Source: Antedon mediterranea
Lineage: Eukaryota > Animalia > Echinodermata
Reading direction: 5' to 3'
DNA: 64,000 nt
NCBI RefSeq assembly: GCF_964355755.1
Contig: NC_092672.1
Location: forward strand, 27,844,437 to 27,908,436
The translations under genes and the position numbers were made by a program. Shown piece after piece: positions 13,124 through 25,831 of this stretch. Position 1 is the first letter of the stretch; each line of letters starts with the position of its first letter. The notes under the pieces are model-generated. The model did not search any database and was not told where the DNA came from. It saw nothing but the letters and a program-made list of their open reading frames with translations.

Positions 13124-13135
13124 GGGAAAGTCCCC
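13124..13135 (-). promoter_or_regulatory. Canonical NF-kB (kB) site upstream of ANK-cGLR
   Basis: The minus strand reads GGGGACTTTCCC, containing the Ig-kB consensus GGGACTTTCC, 71 nt 5' of the ATG and adjacent to a TGACG half-CRE. Confidence 0.5.
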
Positions 13136-13904
13136 GTCATCTCTTAGAGAGGGCGCTACAACGCTTACAGGTACCGTCAAAGATAATAATAATAATAATA
13201 ACTTTATTGAACATACGCCTTTAAATCGGCGGCACACGTTCTTCTTCTGACATACATTACATACATTATGTTAGCCTGAAGGCTAAATAAAAGTATAAAG
13301 AGAAAATAAAAGAAAAAACATTTAAATGAAAGGAAACGAATTGTACAAAAGGAAACTAAAGAGCAAAAAGTACAATACTTGATGGAGTGTTATTTATGGC
13401 AAGCCTCAGCTGTCTGAAGTATTCAAAATATTATATTATTATATCATTTTTTTATTATATTATATATTGTATTGTAATGAATTATACGTTTTGCATTATA
13501 TTACTTGGTTTTAGCATTATATTATATCTATTTCTAATATATTATGTGAAAAATGTAACAACTTATTGCCTTTTTGTATTATATTATTTGGTTTTAGCAT
13601 TATATTATGAACATTTACTATTATATTATAATAAAATATATTATATTATAATATAATTGTATTATATTAAACGCATTTACCTTACTTTATAACATACAAC
13701 ATTATTATATTATACGGATTCGTTAGTTATATTATTATTTTGTATGATGTTTATTATACGTCACAACTTATTTCACTTCTTCTAACTCTTTCTCTCCCTC
13801 CCCCTCTTCACTAGCAATCAGCGGCCGGCAGAATCTGAAATGTGTGACTGTTGCAGAATAACTAATTATCGTCTTACTATTATAAGCAGTTTATAAATGA
13901 TATA

Positions 13905-14500
13905 TGTATTATTCCAAATCCTCAAATGAAATGGGAAATAGAATTTAGAGATGAAATTATTGACTGGAATGAAATATGGAATAGAAAAGTATGTAGAATG
14001 AAACACATGGTAAAAGTAGCTCAATTTAATTTTAAGTTGTTACATCGAATCCTTATATGTAAAAAAAGACTAAAAAGATGGAACAACAGACAAATGTAAT
14101 AAGTGTAAGAATCATATATAAAATGAAAAACACTTATTAATTGCATGTAAAACTATTCAACCAGTCTGGAAAAAGTTTAAAAATATGCTGGTTCAGTGTC
14201 TTCCAAATGAGGTTACAGTACAGCAAGACTTCCCAAAGTGGGTTAATGTAATTTTGGGAACAACAAACAAACTTGTAAACGAATTAATTTCAGTTTTTAC
14301 TTTTTGTATATATAAATCCTCCGTAATATAGGCCTATAAAGAATTAGAAACGACAGAAAAAAAAAGAATCTGCAAATATTTGGGGGCTATTTAAAAATGA
14401 AATTATAAACCTCATAAATAATGAGTATTCGTATAACTTTTATACTGCTGATCAGAAATGGAAAAATAGTAAAGACAGGATATTTGACCTATTGAATAAT
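13905..14500 (+). mobile_element. Decayed L1/Tx1-type non-LTR retrotransposon 3' fragment (zf-RVT region)
   Basis: Broken frames read IPNPQMKWEIEF..IDWNEIW..VAQFNFKLLHRILICKKRLKRW..CNKC...EKHLLIACKTIQPVWKK, matching the CCHC zf-RVT signature; stops and frameshifts present. Confidence 0.7.
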
Positions 14501-15627
14501 TAAAATATATATGTGCTGGAGATCTCTATCCCTACGTTTTACAATTGTATTTTATATTAGTGTGACATATGCTGTATAAGTTTTAATATAAATGTGTAGC
14601 CTTTTTTTATTTCAAGTGATTTTAAATGTAACCATTGATTATGTTTTTAGACAATTTTAATAACTTATATGAAATCTGTAATTATTGGTATTTATTTTTT
14701 AATATATATATATTTTTCTATATTTGTAATATTCATATTGTATACAGTACATGTCAATGTTATCTGCATGTATTTGTATTTGTCCAATATATATATATAT
14801 TTCTATATTTGCAATATTTTATATCGTAAATACAAATTGTAAGTAGTAGTACCAAGGTGACATCGGGTATGAAGCGTCTCACATACGCACAGAGCCAAAA
14901 TCGCATCTTGGACTTGCACAGTGTATGGACTCTAACCTTACGGTTTTCATTAAATATATCATTGCATGCTATCATTCGAAATATCTAACTTTCAAACTTT
15001 TGCATCCCTCTTTTTCATTTCATCCTTTTTATCTTGGTGAAAAGGGAGGATACTATATTTTCCTCCCCTGAGTTTATAGCCCCTCTACTCGAACACAAAT
15101 AAGATCACAAATAAGATAGTTTAACAAGAAAAGTATAATCATGTATTTGTATCTAAAATTTTAATGAAAACAAATATGGTTAATACTGAATTCAAGCATC
15201 TTATTATGTAAATATACCTGTATTTTAACTACTTTAAACACTTACTTTTAATTGTCACAAATGTACTTATATGTATATAATATATTCACCAATGATAATT
15301 TAAATAAACGTGAGATGAACTCACACAAGACAAAAAAATAACTAATTATCTTTACTACGTACTACTAGGCCTTGGCCTACTAGGGGATCTAGCCTAGACG
15401 TAGCTAGTTAGACAAGTGACAAAGGACCACCGGACAGCTACAACTAATACTACAATACAATAATACTACTACAATAACTACTACTGCTATTACATAGGCC
15501 TAGCTAGTAGAGTACTAGGTAGCTACTACTAGGCTCTAGGGCGTATGTATGATGTTAACTACTAGGGCCTAGGCCTAGAGACCTACTAGTACTAGGCTAG
15601 GCCTAGACTTAAGTTGTAGTAGGCTAG

Positions 15628-16574
15628 GGCCCGGCCGCGATTTTTTTTTCGTACATAAGTTTGGGACCCCCCTGATGAAACGTCACAAAATAAACATGAA
15701 TAATTCATCAGTTAAATTTGTTGTTCCGTGTGCACCCAAGCGTATAGCAACAAGAAGTGATTACACAAGTGCGGTACGATTCTAGGCCCATCTCCGCTGT
15801 TGTTGCGGCGTGCGATTTCTTAGAAGAATAGCGGCGTTTTGTGTGGATTGTCGAAATAATCAGCCTTTAGTTTATGGTGTTTTTAATATAATTTATTACT
15901 AAAGAATTACGTGTTAAAATTATAGTTTCTATTAATACTATTAGGCCTAATTATTAGTCTCTAAACCCATGTCTATTCTAGTAGTAGCTGTGTGGGTGTG
16001 TGTGACGTGTGTGTGTTAGGTATGACCAAAGATAGTTACACTATCTTTGGTATGACACAATCCGAGTAATAAGTCAGCAAAATTAAACAATAAACATTAC
16101 ACAAAAATACATTTTTTATTCTCGTGGGTCAAATCTTCCCATCTCATGTGTTCATATACGCGCATTTTTAAAGTTCCTTTGAGTACATGCATATTGTTTG
16201 ATAATAAAATAGCAGAATTAAAAAAATACAGTACACAAATTATACACATTCTTTATTCTTGTGGGTCTAAGCTTTCTTTGGGCTATGTCCAATGAATTAC
16301 TATTTAGTTTAATGTCTTGTCTAGCTGTCGATTAGCCTCGACTCGACACATTTTGTGTGAAGAGTGCGCGAAGGCAATCACGTGAATTGACTTAGAATCC
16401 TAGGCCTACTGTAGAAAGTATCGTATCGCAGTTGTGTATAATCACTTCTTGTTGCTATACGCTTGGGTGCACACGGAACAACAAATTTAACTGATGAATT
16501 ATTCATGTTTATTTTGTGACGTTTCATCAGGGGGTCCCCAACTTATGTACGAAAAAAAAAATCGCGGCCGGGCC
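15628..16574. mobile_element. Non-autonomous DNA transposon with ~150-bp TIRs
   Basis: 15628-~15780 (ggcccggccgcgatttttttttcgtacataagt...aagaagtgatt) is the near-perfect reverse complement of ~16420-16574; no ORF inside; no clear TSD. Confidence 0.8.
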
Positions 16575-17787
16575 TGCTGCCTTAGGCTAGGCTACTACTA
16601 CTACTACTACTACTAGGCAGCCAGCCCATGATGGGTACGAGTAAGCCAACATTTTTGATATAAGTAAACCAAAATTTGGGTACGAGCGAGTTGGCATGGG
16701 TACGGGTTAGCCTGTATCCTTCTAGCTAATCGTACTAGGCCTAGGCCTCAAGTAAGTCTACACTACCCAGTCCGGCTACAATATGGTCTATTTTGTTTTA
16801 TAGCTTTATTGATAGCTGGGTTCAAATCTGGGTTGGGACGGCTTTTTCTCATTCTAAAAACAGATTTCCTTATCATAATAAAATAATATATGAATTTATT
16901 TGTAATATTGTAATATATACATAATATAAGTAATTGCCATTGCATGTATTACTATTAATTATATATTATACGGTTACCCCTTAATTATAGGCTACTATAG
17001 TATAATTTCCTTGTTATATTTTACAATATTTTCTTCATAATTCTACAATTTTGTCTTTCACAGCACAAATTTATCATACTCAATCATCACACACCAAGTC
17101 TCATAAACCTCTACTGTATTTGCCCAAGCTACTCCAGCTACATGGTATTGCCTTGAGGCTAAACTACACGGTATACTGGCACTACCATCATTCCTGGCTC
17201 GTCAACCTGGACCACATAAGCACAGTTTCAGTTTCAGTTTATTTACCATTTCAATTTCTGAACATAAGAGATGAACAACTTAAATGGATGGATAACCGTA
17301 AGAGCGAAGCTCGTTTACCGGTCACCCGTTAGTGCAGTGACATTACAGACAACATAAAGACAGGACAAAGGTGCAATACATAACAAGACATGTGAACACT
17401 TGTGTTTGCAACCCCTTGGATAAAATAATATATTTATATAAAGAAGAAAGTTAGATATTATAATATTTCTTTTTGATCATACAATTTTTAAATTACTTCT
17501 TAAGAAGTCATACTACTGATTCAAAATAGTGACTTACACCCCCTGTGGTCAAGGCTTTATTTGCTCTTATGCTTATTTCCTGCAACATACAGAGTACATA
17601 GGACTTTTTTTATTCATAACTGTTGAATTGCATCCCAGTACATAGTACCTATTGGTATTATATCTAAAAGTACAAAGGCGGCTAACACAGATAGTTCCAT
17701 ATATACAGTACTCTTTTATAAATAGATGTATCTCTCCAAACTACTCCCAACTACCTAATCTAATAATAGTACTATTAGCATACTACT

Positions 17788-17975
17788 TGTTTCGCTTAGA
17801 AACTAAGTTGTTTATCTGAACAGAGAGGGCGCTATATTGCGTGGGTAATTCAGAATGTTCTGCTGACCCTGAATTCATCTACACGTTTAATGTTTCTCTG
17901 ATGTAATTACTGGGGTTTTCTATTTAAAACCATAACTGATGTTTGATAAATGTCATTATGATGATATGCAAGTAT
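17788..17975 (+). repeat. BEL/Pao 5' LTR (alignable part)
   Basis: Matches 21315-21490 with an indel and several substitutions; begins with TG. Confidence 0.7.
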
Positions 17976-18572
17976 TTAAGAATCACATGATTGTTCGTAA
18001 TTAAGTAATTTTATTACGTATACCGAATTATGAGCACATTTTAGGTTGATCACTCTAGCATGTGTTTATCATTAGCGGCGCTCACGGATTAGGCCAACTT
18101 CGGCCACAGACAATTTCGGCCACAGACAATAATACTACCATATCTATGGAATGCCCACAGTGCCATTGATAGGGGAACAATGAGACACGACAATGTAATA
18201 CAGGATTATCGATTTCATTGTGTTTTACTTTTGTTTCACACTGTGTCTGCACAAAGGAGGATGTGTCACTAAGCCCTGATGATAATAAGATATTCTCAAG
18301 GATGTGGGACTCGTGCACAAAGAGCGAAGATGGTCGTTGGATGATGGGTTAAACCCCCAGAAGCGCTGGCAAACAATGAGAAACAATGCTTCGCGAAGCT
18401 ATGCTCGTTAGAAAAACGTCTCCAGAAGACACCAACTTCTGCAAATCAATACAACAAAGCAATTGAAGATCTAGTTGACTGTGGATTTGCAAGAAAACTC
18501 TCAATCAAAGAGAAGAATGAGTATTCTGGGCCAGCGCATTTCATTCCGCATCATGCTGTAGTCAGACCGGAA

Positions 18573-20370
18573 AATGTTTATTTTATTTACACATAACTAT
18601 TACGATGGCACAAGCCCAAGCAGTTATATGTTCATAATGGAAGAGAAAATAAAAAAATTAGAAGAGAAAAAAAATAATTTAAAAGAATTGGTGCTTCAAA
18701 TGAAGCAAAAAAACATTCGACTGTCAGGCGAAATAAGACAATTAAATCGCCACTTGCAAAGGCGTGCAGGCGTAATATCCTATTTGGAAAAGATTAGAAG
18801 AGGAAGAAGTGATAGAAGAACCAGATGAAGAAATTGTTATCGCAGAAAGAATACCGGTGGTGATAAAAGAACCAGATGAAGAAGAAGTTGATATCGCAGA
18901 AAGAATACCGGTGGTAACGGAAGAAGAACCAGACGATGAAGTTGTATATATCGAATAACTGTAAGTAATTTGAAATAATTTTAAAATCAAATAACATATT
19001 ATCAAAAGTTTTAAATTTCATTCAATTTGTTATCTTATTTTTATATGTTAAAGACCAGGTGCGGGCCAAAAAATAAACAAAAAAACAACTTTCTATTGAT
19101 CATACATTCCAATAATTATCGATCTATAGTTTGCCCTAATATGTTTCATCATTTTGGTGGGGGGGGGGGGGTTATTTGTGTTAACACGAGCTTGTTGAAA
19201 ATAAGCACTTGTTTTTTTAATCAGTGGGGGGGGGGGGGGAGATAGACAAAACAAATTATTTTGTTTAAAATTTATGCCTTGTACATGAGCTGTAAGAAAA
19301 CCTTTTATCGCTTATTGAATATTTATTTACAGATATTTATGGCGAAGACTCGTTGTGGTCAAAGAAACACCATATGCAGTAGTAGTAGTAGTAGTAGTAA
19401 TAGTCGTAATAGTAGTAGTAATTACTATTAAAAAATCAAAAGAAAAAAAAAAAAATGATTTGTGTGATTTAATAATATAGTTTCTATAATTTATATAGAC
19501 GATAATTTTCAAAAGATGGCGACGGACGTATTCTTTATTTTTTTTTTTTGCAATGACAGTGATACCGTTTTAATAGGTACACACTTTGACAGTCTGACGG
19601 CGGCACGCATTAACCTTTGTGGTTGGTGCACGCTTTATCATCCTCCTCGATAAATATTATTGTTAAAGATGTTTGTTTAAGACTTGCTGATACGATTATG
19701 ATGAGCAAGGTGAAACTCCCATTTTCTCTTGTTTGTGTTTGTATGCGTGTGTGTGTGACCAATCGTAATAGCGTATTTTTTTATGTCGACGATGACATCA
19801 TCGATAACAAATCCAATCGTAACACATTGTATTTTACTTGACTTTTCCTGATTGGCCAAATCCTACTTTTGTGGGTGTGGGTGACTTTAACAACATCAAA
19901 CCAATCGTAATAGCGTATTTTTTTATATCGACGATGACATCATCGATAACAAATCCAATCGTAACACATTGTATTTTACTTGACTTTTCCTGATTGGCCA
20001 AATCCTACTTTTGTGGGTGTAGGTGACTTTAACAACATCAAACCAATCGTAATAGCGTATTTTTTTTTATGACGACGATGATATCATCGATAACAAATCC
20101 AATCGTAACACATTGTATTTTACTTGACTTATCCTGATTGACTAAATCCTACTTTTGTGGGTGTGTTAACATCAAACCAATCGTAATAGCGTATTTTTGT
20201 TGACGTTAACAAAACCAATCGTATTAGCGCATTTTTGTTAAAGATGACATCATCGATAACAAAACCAATCGTAATAGCGCATTTTTGTTAACTATGACAT
20301 CATCGATAACAAAACCAATCGTAATACATCGTAGTAATTTACTTGACTTTTTCCTGATTGGCCAAAATCA
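18573..20370. other. Foreign insert in the BEL element: short coiled-coil/acidic ORF remnant plus palindromic tandem repeats (Maverick/virus-like; inferred)
   Basis: Replaces BEL RT/RNase H. Reads MEEKIKKLEEKKNNLKELV... and, in a shifted frame, EEPDEEIVIAERIPVV x2...VVYIE*; repeat array at 19759-20370. Confidence 0.4.
19759..20370. repeat. ~142-bp tandem repeat x3 plus shorter degenerate units
   Basis: Units start ccaatcgtaatagcg at ~19759, 19901 and 20043; each has CGATGA-CA-TCATCG and ctgattgg; shorter subunits continue to 20370. Confidence 0.85.
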
Positions 20371-21266
20371 CATGCGACTACTTTGGACCATACCACGTCA
20401 AAGTTGGCCGCAACAAGACGACCAAGCATTATGGGGTCATCTTTACCTGTCTAGTGACCCGGTGCTGTTCATTTGGAGCTTGCGGTTGACTGTTCGACTC
20501 AGGAATATATTCAGGTGCTAAGACGATTTTTTGCTATTAGGGGACGTCCAAAACTGATCCAGAGTGACAACGGGACGCAATTTATTGGAGCTGAGCGTGA
20601 GCTAAGGGAAATGGTTGCCGGGTGGAACACAATAAAGCTGAAGGAGTACTTCGCTGAAGAGCAAGTCACTTGGTGGTTTACGACACCATTAGCTCCACAC
20701 CACAACGGCTGTGCAGAGGCGCTCGTCAAAAGTTGTAAACACGCACTAAAGAAGTCAATGGGTGAACAACGTCTGACTCCATTTGAGCTGTTTACTTACT
20801 TGCGAGAGGTGGGGAATTTAATAAACGAGAGGCCTATTGGTAGAAAGCCGAACGATCCTGATGACGGTGCATATATTTTTCCTAATGACATCTTACTGGG
20901 AAGGGCTTCTTTCTAGTCATGTGCCGCAAGGTCCATTTCGTGAAACCAAGAACCCTCAGAAAAGGGTGGAGTTCGCGCAGAGGTTGGTCGATGCCTTTTG
21001 GAAAGCCTGGATGAGGGACGTTTTTCCTTAATTAGTGCCGAGGAAGAAATGGAGTGTTTAAAAAAAGAGATGTGAGGGTTGGTGATGTCGTTATGTTGGC
21101 AGATCCCAATGCCGTAAGAGGAAAATGGACCATAGCCAAGATCACGGATGTGTACCCCGGAAAGGACCAACATCTGCGAAGTGTAGTGTTGAAAACATCG
21201 AGTGGAAGTTATACACGGCCTATCACTAAATTGTCAGTAATCTGTCTTGTTGAAGGTTATGAATAG
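20370..21266 (+). pseudogene. BEL/Pao integrase plus C-terminal (DUF5641-like) remnant
   Basis: CDYFGPY..HYGVIFTCL..VHLELAVD..LRRFFAIRGRPKLIQSDNGTQF..PHHNGCAEALVK..INERP; VRVGDVVML..RGKWTIAKITDVYPGKD..YTRPITKL; frameshifted. Confidence 0.85.
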
Positions 21267-21314
21267 AATAGGTTAAGTTTATGTGATTTCCTCACATAGG
21301 GGGGAGGGAGAGGA

Positions 21315-21490
21315 TGTTTCGCTTAGAAACTAAGATGTTTATCTGAACAGAGAGGGCGCTATATTGCGTGGGTAATTCAGAATGTTCTGCTGAATGTTTA
21401 ATGTTTCTCTGATGTAATTACTGGGTTTTTCTATTTAAAACCATAACTGATGTTTGATAATTGTCATTATTATGACTAGCAAAGTATTTC
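21315..21490 (+). repeat. BEL/Pao 3' LTR (truncated)
   Basis: Immediately follows the PPT aggggggagggagagga; copy of the 17788 repeat. Confidence 0.7.
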
Positions 21491-24050
21491 CACCATGTAA
21501 AGGAAGAACATGAGAAATCTGTAATAAATGAATTAGATACAGAAATGTCAAATGATGAAATACTAAAAATGTTCAAAAATGTCTGAGTCATATAGAAATG
21601 CTCTATGTATTGACTCTGAGGAAAGAGCAACAACAAACAAGGGCAATTATCATTTGTTACAACTTATGAGCAGATGTCTTGCTGTGTATAAAAATGGAAA
21701 TAACATTGAAGATAGGTTATCAGAGATTATGGAAACAAAATTTAAGAAACCAACAACAGAGTTTTGTGCTATGCTAGTTCATATCTACATTATCATACAT
21801 GGACTAATGAGTGATGGACATCTAAACCTATATGATAATGGAGATCCATTTTTGGAATTGCATTCATCATTAGAAGAATATGCAATCGATGTCCTTTCAG
21901 CTGTAATGGTAAAATTTCAATTTCAGTACAGTTTTTACCAGTTTAAAGTTGTGAAATCAGTAAGTCCTATATTCTTAAGTCATTTGTTGAAATTCTCTTC
22001 TAAACTTGTGTGTCTGAGTTTTGCACCTCAAGTTGTAACGGTTTACACATTGTCAGTTGATAACCTAGATAGTTTTGTAGATGCCTGTTATAGACGTGGA
22101 ATGATTTTGCATTGGACAAGGTTGAATTTAAGTGAACTTAATCTAGCTTCAATTAAAGGATCAACATTAGCTTGTTTACTAATATTTTCTCGAGAAATAA
22201 AACATCTTAATAATGAGTAACTGCCATCTTTCAGGTAGTATTATAAGGGACTCATTGAATGAATGTGATAAACACAATGTTGTATTGGAACATGGCATGC
22301 TTGATCTAAAGGGAAATGACCTTTCAGAAATTGATGGCTTTTCACTTCTTAGGTTGGTGAATCTAATTTATAGGCCTACTTATTTCAATTGGTCTGATTA
22401 TCAAATATCAATGTCGGTTGATAACATTAGATGTCTTGCAGATGCCTGTGATAAACATAATCGACAAATTACATGGAAAACGTTAAATTTGAGTGGAATT
22501 GACCTAGGCTCAATTGAAGGATCAAAATTAGCTTGGTTAATAAAATTCTCCCCAGAACTTCAACATTTAGACTCGAGCAATTGTCATCTCTCCAGTAGTA
22601 TTGTAACAGATTTATTCACTGAATGTTACAAAAACAATGTGGAATTAAAACATGGCATGCTTACTCTGAAGAAAAATGATCTTTCGGAAATTGGTGGCTT
22701 TTCACTGTATATTTATGTTACTGAGTGTAATTTATAGTGTAATTGGCTTTGAATGTTCTGATTATCAACTGTCCATATCGGTTGACAACATAGAATGTCT
22801 TGTAGATGCCTGTAATAAACATAATAAGATGATGACATGGACAAAGTTGAAATTAAGTGGAATTGACCTAGGTTTGATTGAAGGATCAACATTAGCTTGT
22901 TTGGTAAACTACTCTCCACACTTGGAGAATCTTGATTTGAGTAACTGCCAACTCACGGGTCGTATTATAAACGATTTATTTAAGGAATGTGATAAAAATG
23001 AAGTTACATTGAAATCTGGTTTACTAGATCTAAAGAAAAATAATCAGAAATTGATGGCAGTTCACTTTTTAGGTTGGTGAACCTTTATTGTTGGGACAAT
23101 TACACCTTTGAATGGTGTGATTACAACTTGTACGTTGATAACTTAAGAGATCTTGCAGATGCCTGTGATAAAAATGGCACTGAATTGACATGGAAAAGGT
23201 TGAATGTAAGTGCGCTTAACCTAGCTTCAGTTGAAATATCAAAATTAGTTTGTTTATTAAAATTTTCTCCAAGACTACAACATCTTAATATACAACATTG
23301 CAACCTCTCGGGTAGTATTGTAATATTTAATGAATGTGAAACGAATAATGTGGTATTGAATGAAAACATGCTTGATTTAAAGGGAAACAATATTTCAGAT
23401 ATCGATTGTGTTTCACTGTTTTCGTTGATCGTTTATATGAAGAACAAAGACACTTTTAAATGGTCTGACTATCATCTGTCAGTTGATCAACTGACACATT
23501 TTATAGATACATCTAATGAACATAGTGAGAAAAAATTACCATTGAAAAGGTTGGATTTACATGTAATTAACCTATCTTCAATTGAAGGATCTACATTAGC
23601 TTGTTTATTTAAGTTCTCCCGAAACCTATGCAGTCTAAATTTGGCGAATTGCAATCTTGCATCCGGTGTTATTTTATATGCACTGGATTAATGTGAAAGA
23701 AACGGAGTAATAGTAAAAAGAAATATGCTGAATTTAACAGGAAACATTTTGTCACAAACTGATGTGATTTCACTTCTTAGATTAGAGAATCGAAATTGTA
23801 TTATCAATTATCCATGCTGTGATTACAACTTGTCAGTTGATAACTTTTTTGAGCATGGTGAAGATGGAGGAATTTGGATTTAAGTGGAATTTACCTATCT
23901 TCAATGTTGCAATCTTTTAAGCGGTGTTATTCTGTGTGCACTGGATGAATATGAAATGAATGGAGTATTATTGAAATAATATAGGCTTAATCTTCTGGGC
24001 AATGACCTTTCAGATATCACAGATGAATCATCCATTCTTAAACTAATAAG
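21476..24050 (+). pseudogene. NLR-type leucine-rich-repeat pseudogene (C-terminal LRR array, ~120-aa super-repeats)
   Basis: Overlapping ORFs 21579-22220, 22213-22737, 22676-23080 and 23074-23691 join via frameshifts. Repeated W..LNLS.I.L.SIEGS.LA.L.KFSP.L.HL.LSNC.LSG..I / MLDLKGNDLSEIDG / F.WSDY.LSVDN motifs. No NACHT domain seen. Confidence 0.7.
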
Positions 24051-24839
24051 GGTTAGACCATTCTTAAACTATTAAGGGTTAGTAACTGGGACACTCCATA
24101 AGGAGGAATCATGATGGAATATTACTAACCAGCAAATTGAGGATAATTATATAAACGTCGCGGCACCTCCCTGTGTCCGTCCATGGGAGTATCAATGCTA
24201 AATAGTAAAGTTCAGATTTTGAAATAACTAGATGACGTGACCTACAGTAAAAATGAACTATACTGAACAATATTCTTCCCTGTTTAATCTAATGATCGAT
24301 ATAGATATCAAATCGTTTTGTCTTAATGACACCTGATTGTATTTACTGGGTCTATGACATCTTGCCAATTATTCGTTAAATTGAACTAATATTAACAAAC
24401 TAATTAATATTAATCGTTTTCCCATTTTGTAATCTTTGCTTCAATTAATTTGACTAGCTAGCTTGAATTTTACCGATTGTGACTCAGTACATCCCCAACC
24501 GTCGCTTTAAATCATCGTCCACAACCTCTTAATGTAGGCCGAAACGTTTGACTTTTAACTTAATATATGAACTTTTGAAGGAAGAAAGTTAATGTTAAGT
24601 TTGTTATTTTGGCCTAAGAAAATGTCATAATTTGTTTGATTGTCGAAATTATTTTTTTTAAATTTAATATGCAATTAATGATGACTTAATCAACTTTTGT
24701 TCTCTTTATTTGATAATAAATCATACATATGATACATACACTTCAAGAAAATGAAATAAAAAATAGGTGTTCCCCTGCATTCTGACGATATATATTAATT
24801 TAAAAATTTAGCATATTTTCACCATTTTGTTAACTTATA

Positions 24840-25425
24840 CGTGCGTAGCCAGTCACTTTTGACGTGCTCGTATAACGCAATTTCGAGTTGAAACCTGAAT
24901 CAAATATGATGATATTATTAAAGAAAGATTGTAAAACAGAAATCGGGCAAAAAGAGTGCGCATTAACGTTTAACGCGCAGTGCGCGTGCAAAAATCTGCG
25001 CACTCATGGCATTTTTTTTAACGCTTAAAATTGCCTGAAACGTACTCTAATTTCATCGAAAATAAATTTTGACAATTTTGAACATTTTAAGCGTGCGTAC
25101 GCAAGCGTTATATGCGCTACGCACGTAATTTTATTGCCATATGATGAAATATGACCTGAAATTTATGAGTACCAAGTTTTGTTTAATTGTGATTCATGCT
25201 TGTGAAGATATGATTACAAATGTGATTTCGTAAAATCGCGCGTAGACCGCGTAATTTTTGATTGCGCATCGTGAAAATATAACCACATCGATTCCTGGCC
25301 ATAAGGAATATACTCTGAAAAATTGACTTAGATAGATGAAACTGATGCCAAGATAATTCACGGACAAAATAGTGCTAAGGAAATAATTAAATAATTAAAT
25401 AATTAAATAATTAAATAATAATGTT
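24840..25425. mobile_element. Probable DINE/HINE-like (Helentron-associated) interspersed repeat
   Basis: CG-palindrome-rich body (gcgcagtgcgcgtgc), an accaagttt motif and a terminal (aataatta)n microsatellite; family assigned from appearance only. Confidence 0.3.
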
Positions 25426-25831
25426 AAGTGGAAAAAACAAATGTATACAAAGCAATAACAGTTGATAACAGTATTAGTATACTATCTGAAAAAACAACAA
25501 ACTAATTTACAATACTATACGTATGTATAATAATAGGCAGTTTGGGCAACCTCCGTACCGATAACGCGTTGTGATACAGATATGTGTGAGTATACGTGAG
25601 TTTTCCCAACTTACTCTCTATTGAAAGCACACGTATGGTAATTTATTTAAGTTAAGAGTCTCTTTTTTTCCATATGCTTGTCATTTATATAATGTACATT
25701 TTTTCAAGATAATTAGGTAAGGTGTTAGGTTTTATGTTGTGTTTTAAATTGTATTGTATCTATGTTTCTAAGCTCAGGAAATCAAATTTCATGTATGTAA
25801 TGACAATAAATTGAATCTTGAAAGAGTTTAA

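Larger units (their letters stand above)
17788..21490 (+). mobile_element. Decayed, internally deleted BEL/Pao LTR retrotransposon
   Basis: Diverged direct repeats starting TGTTTCGCTTAGAAACTAAG at 17788 and 21315; a purine tract (PPT) precedes 21315. An RT-proximal fragment LCSLEKRL...GFARKL...HFIPHHAVVRPE lies at ~18300-18572, with integrase/DUF5641-like remnants at 20370-21266. Confidence 0.85.

Noticed and set aside
19759-20370. CRISPR-like array
   Set aside because: The sequences between palindromes are themselves repeated (no unique spacers), there are no cas genes, and the context is eukaryotic.
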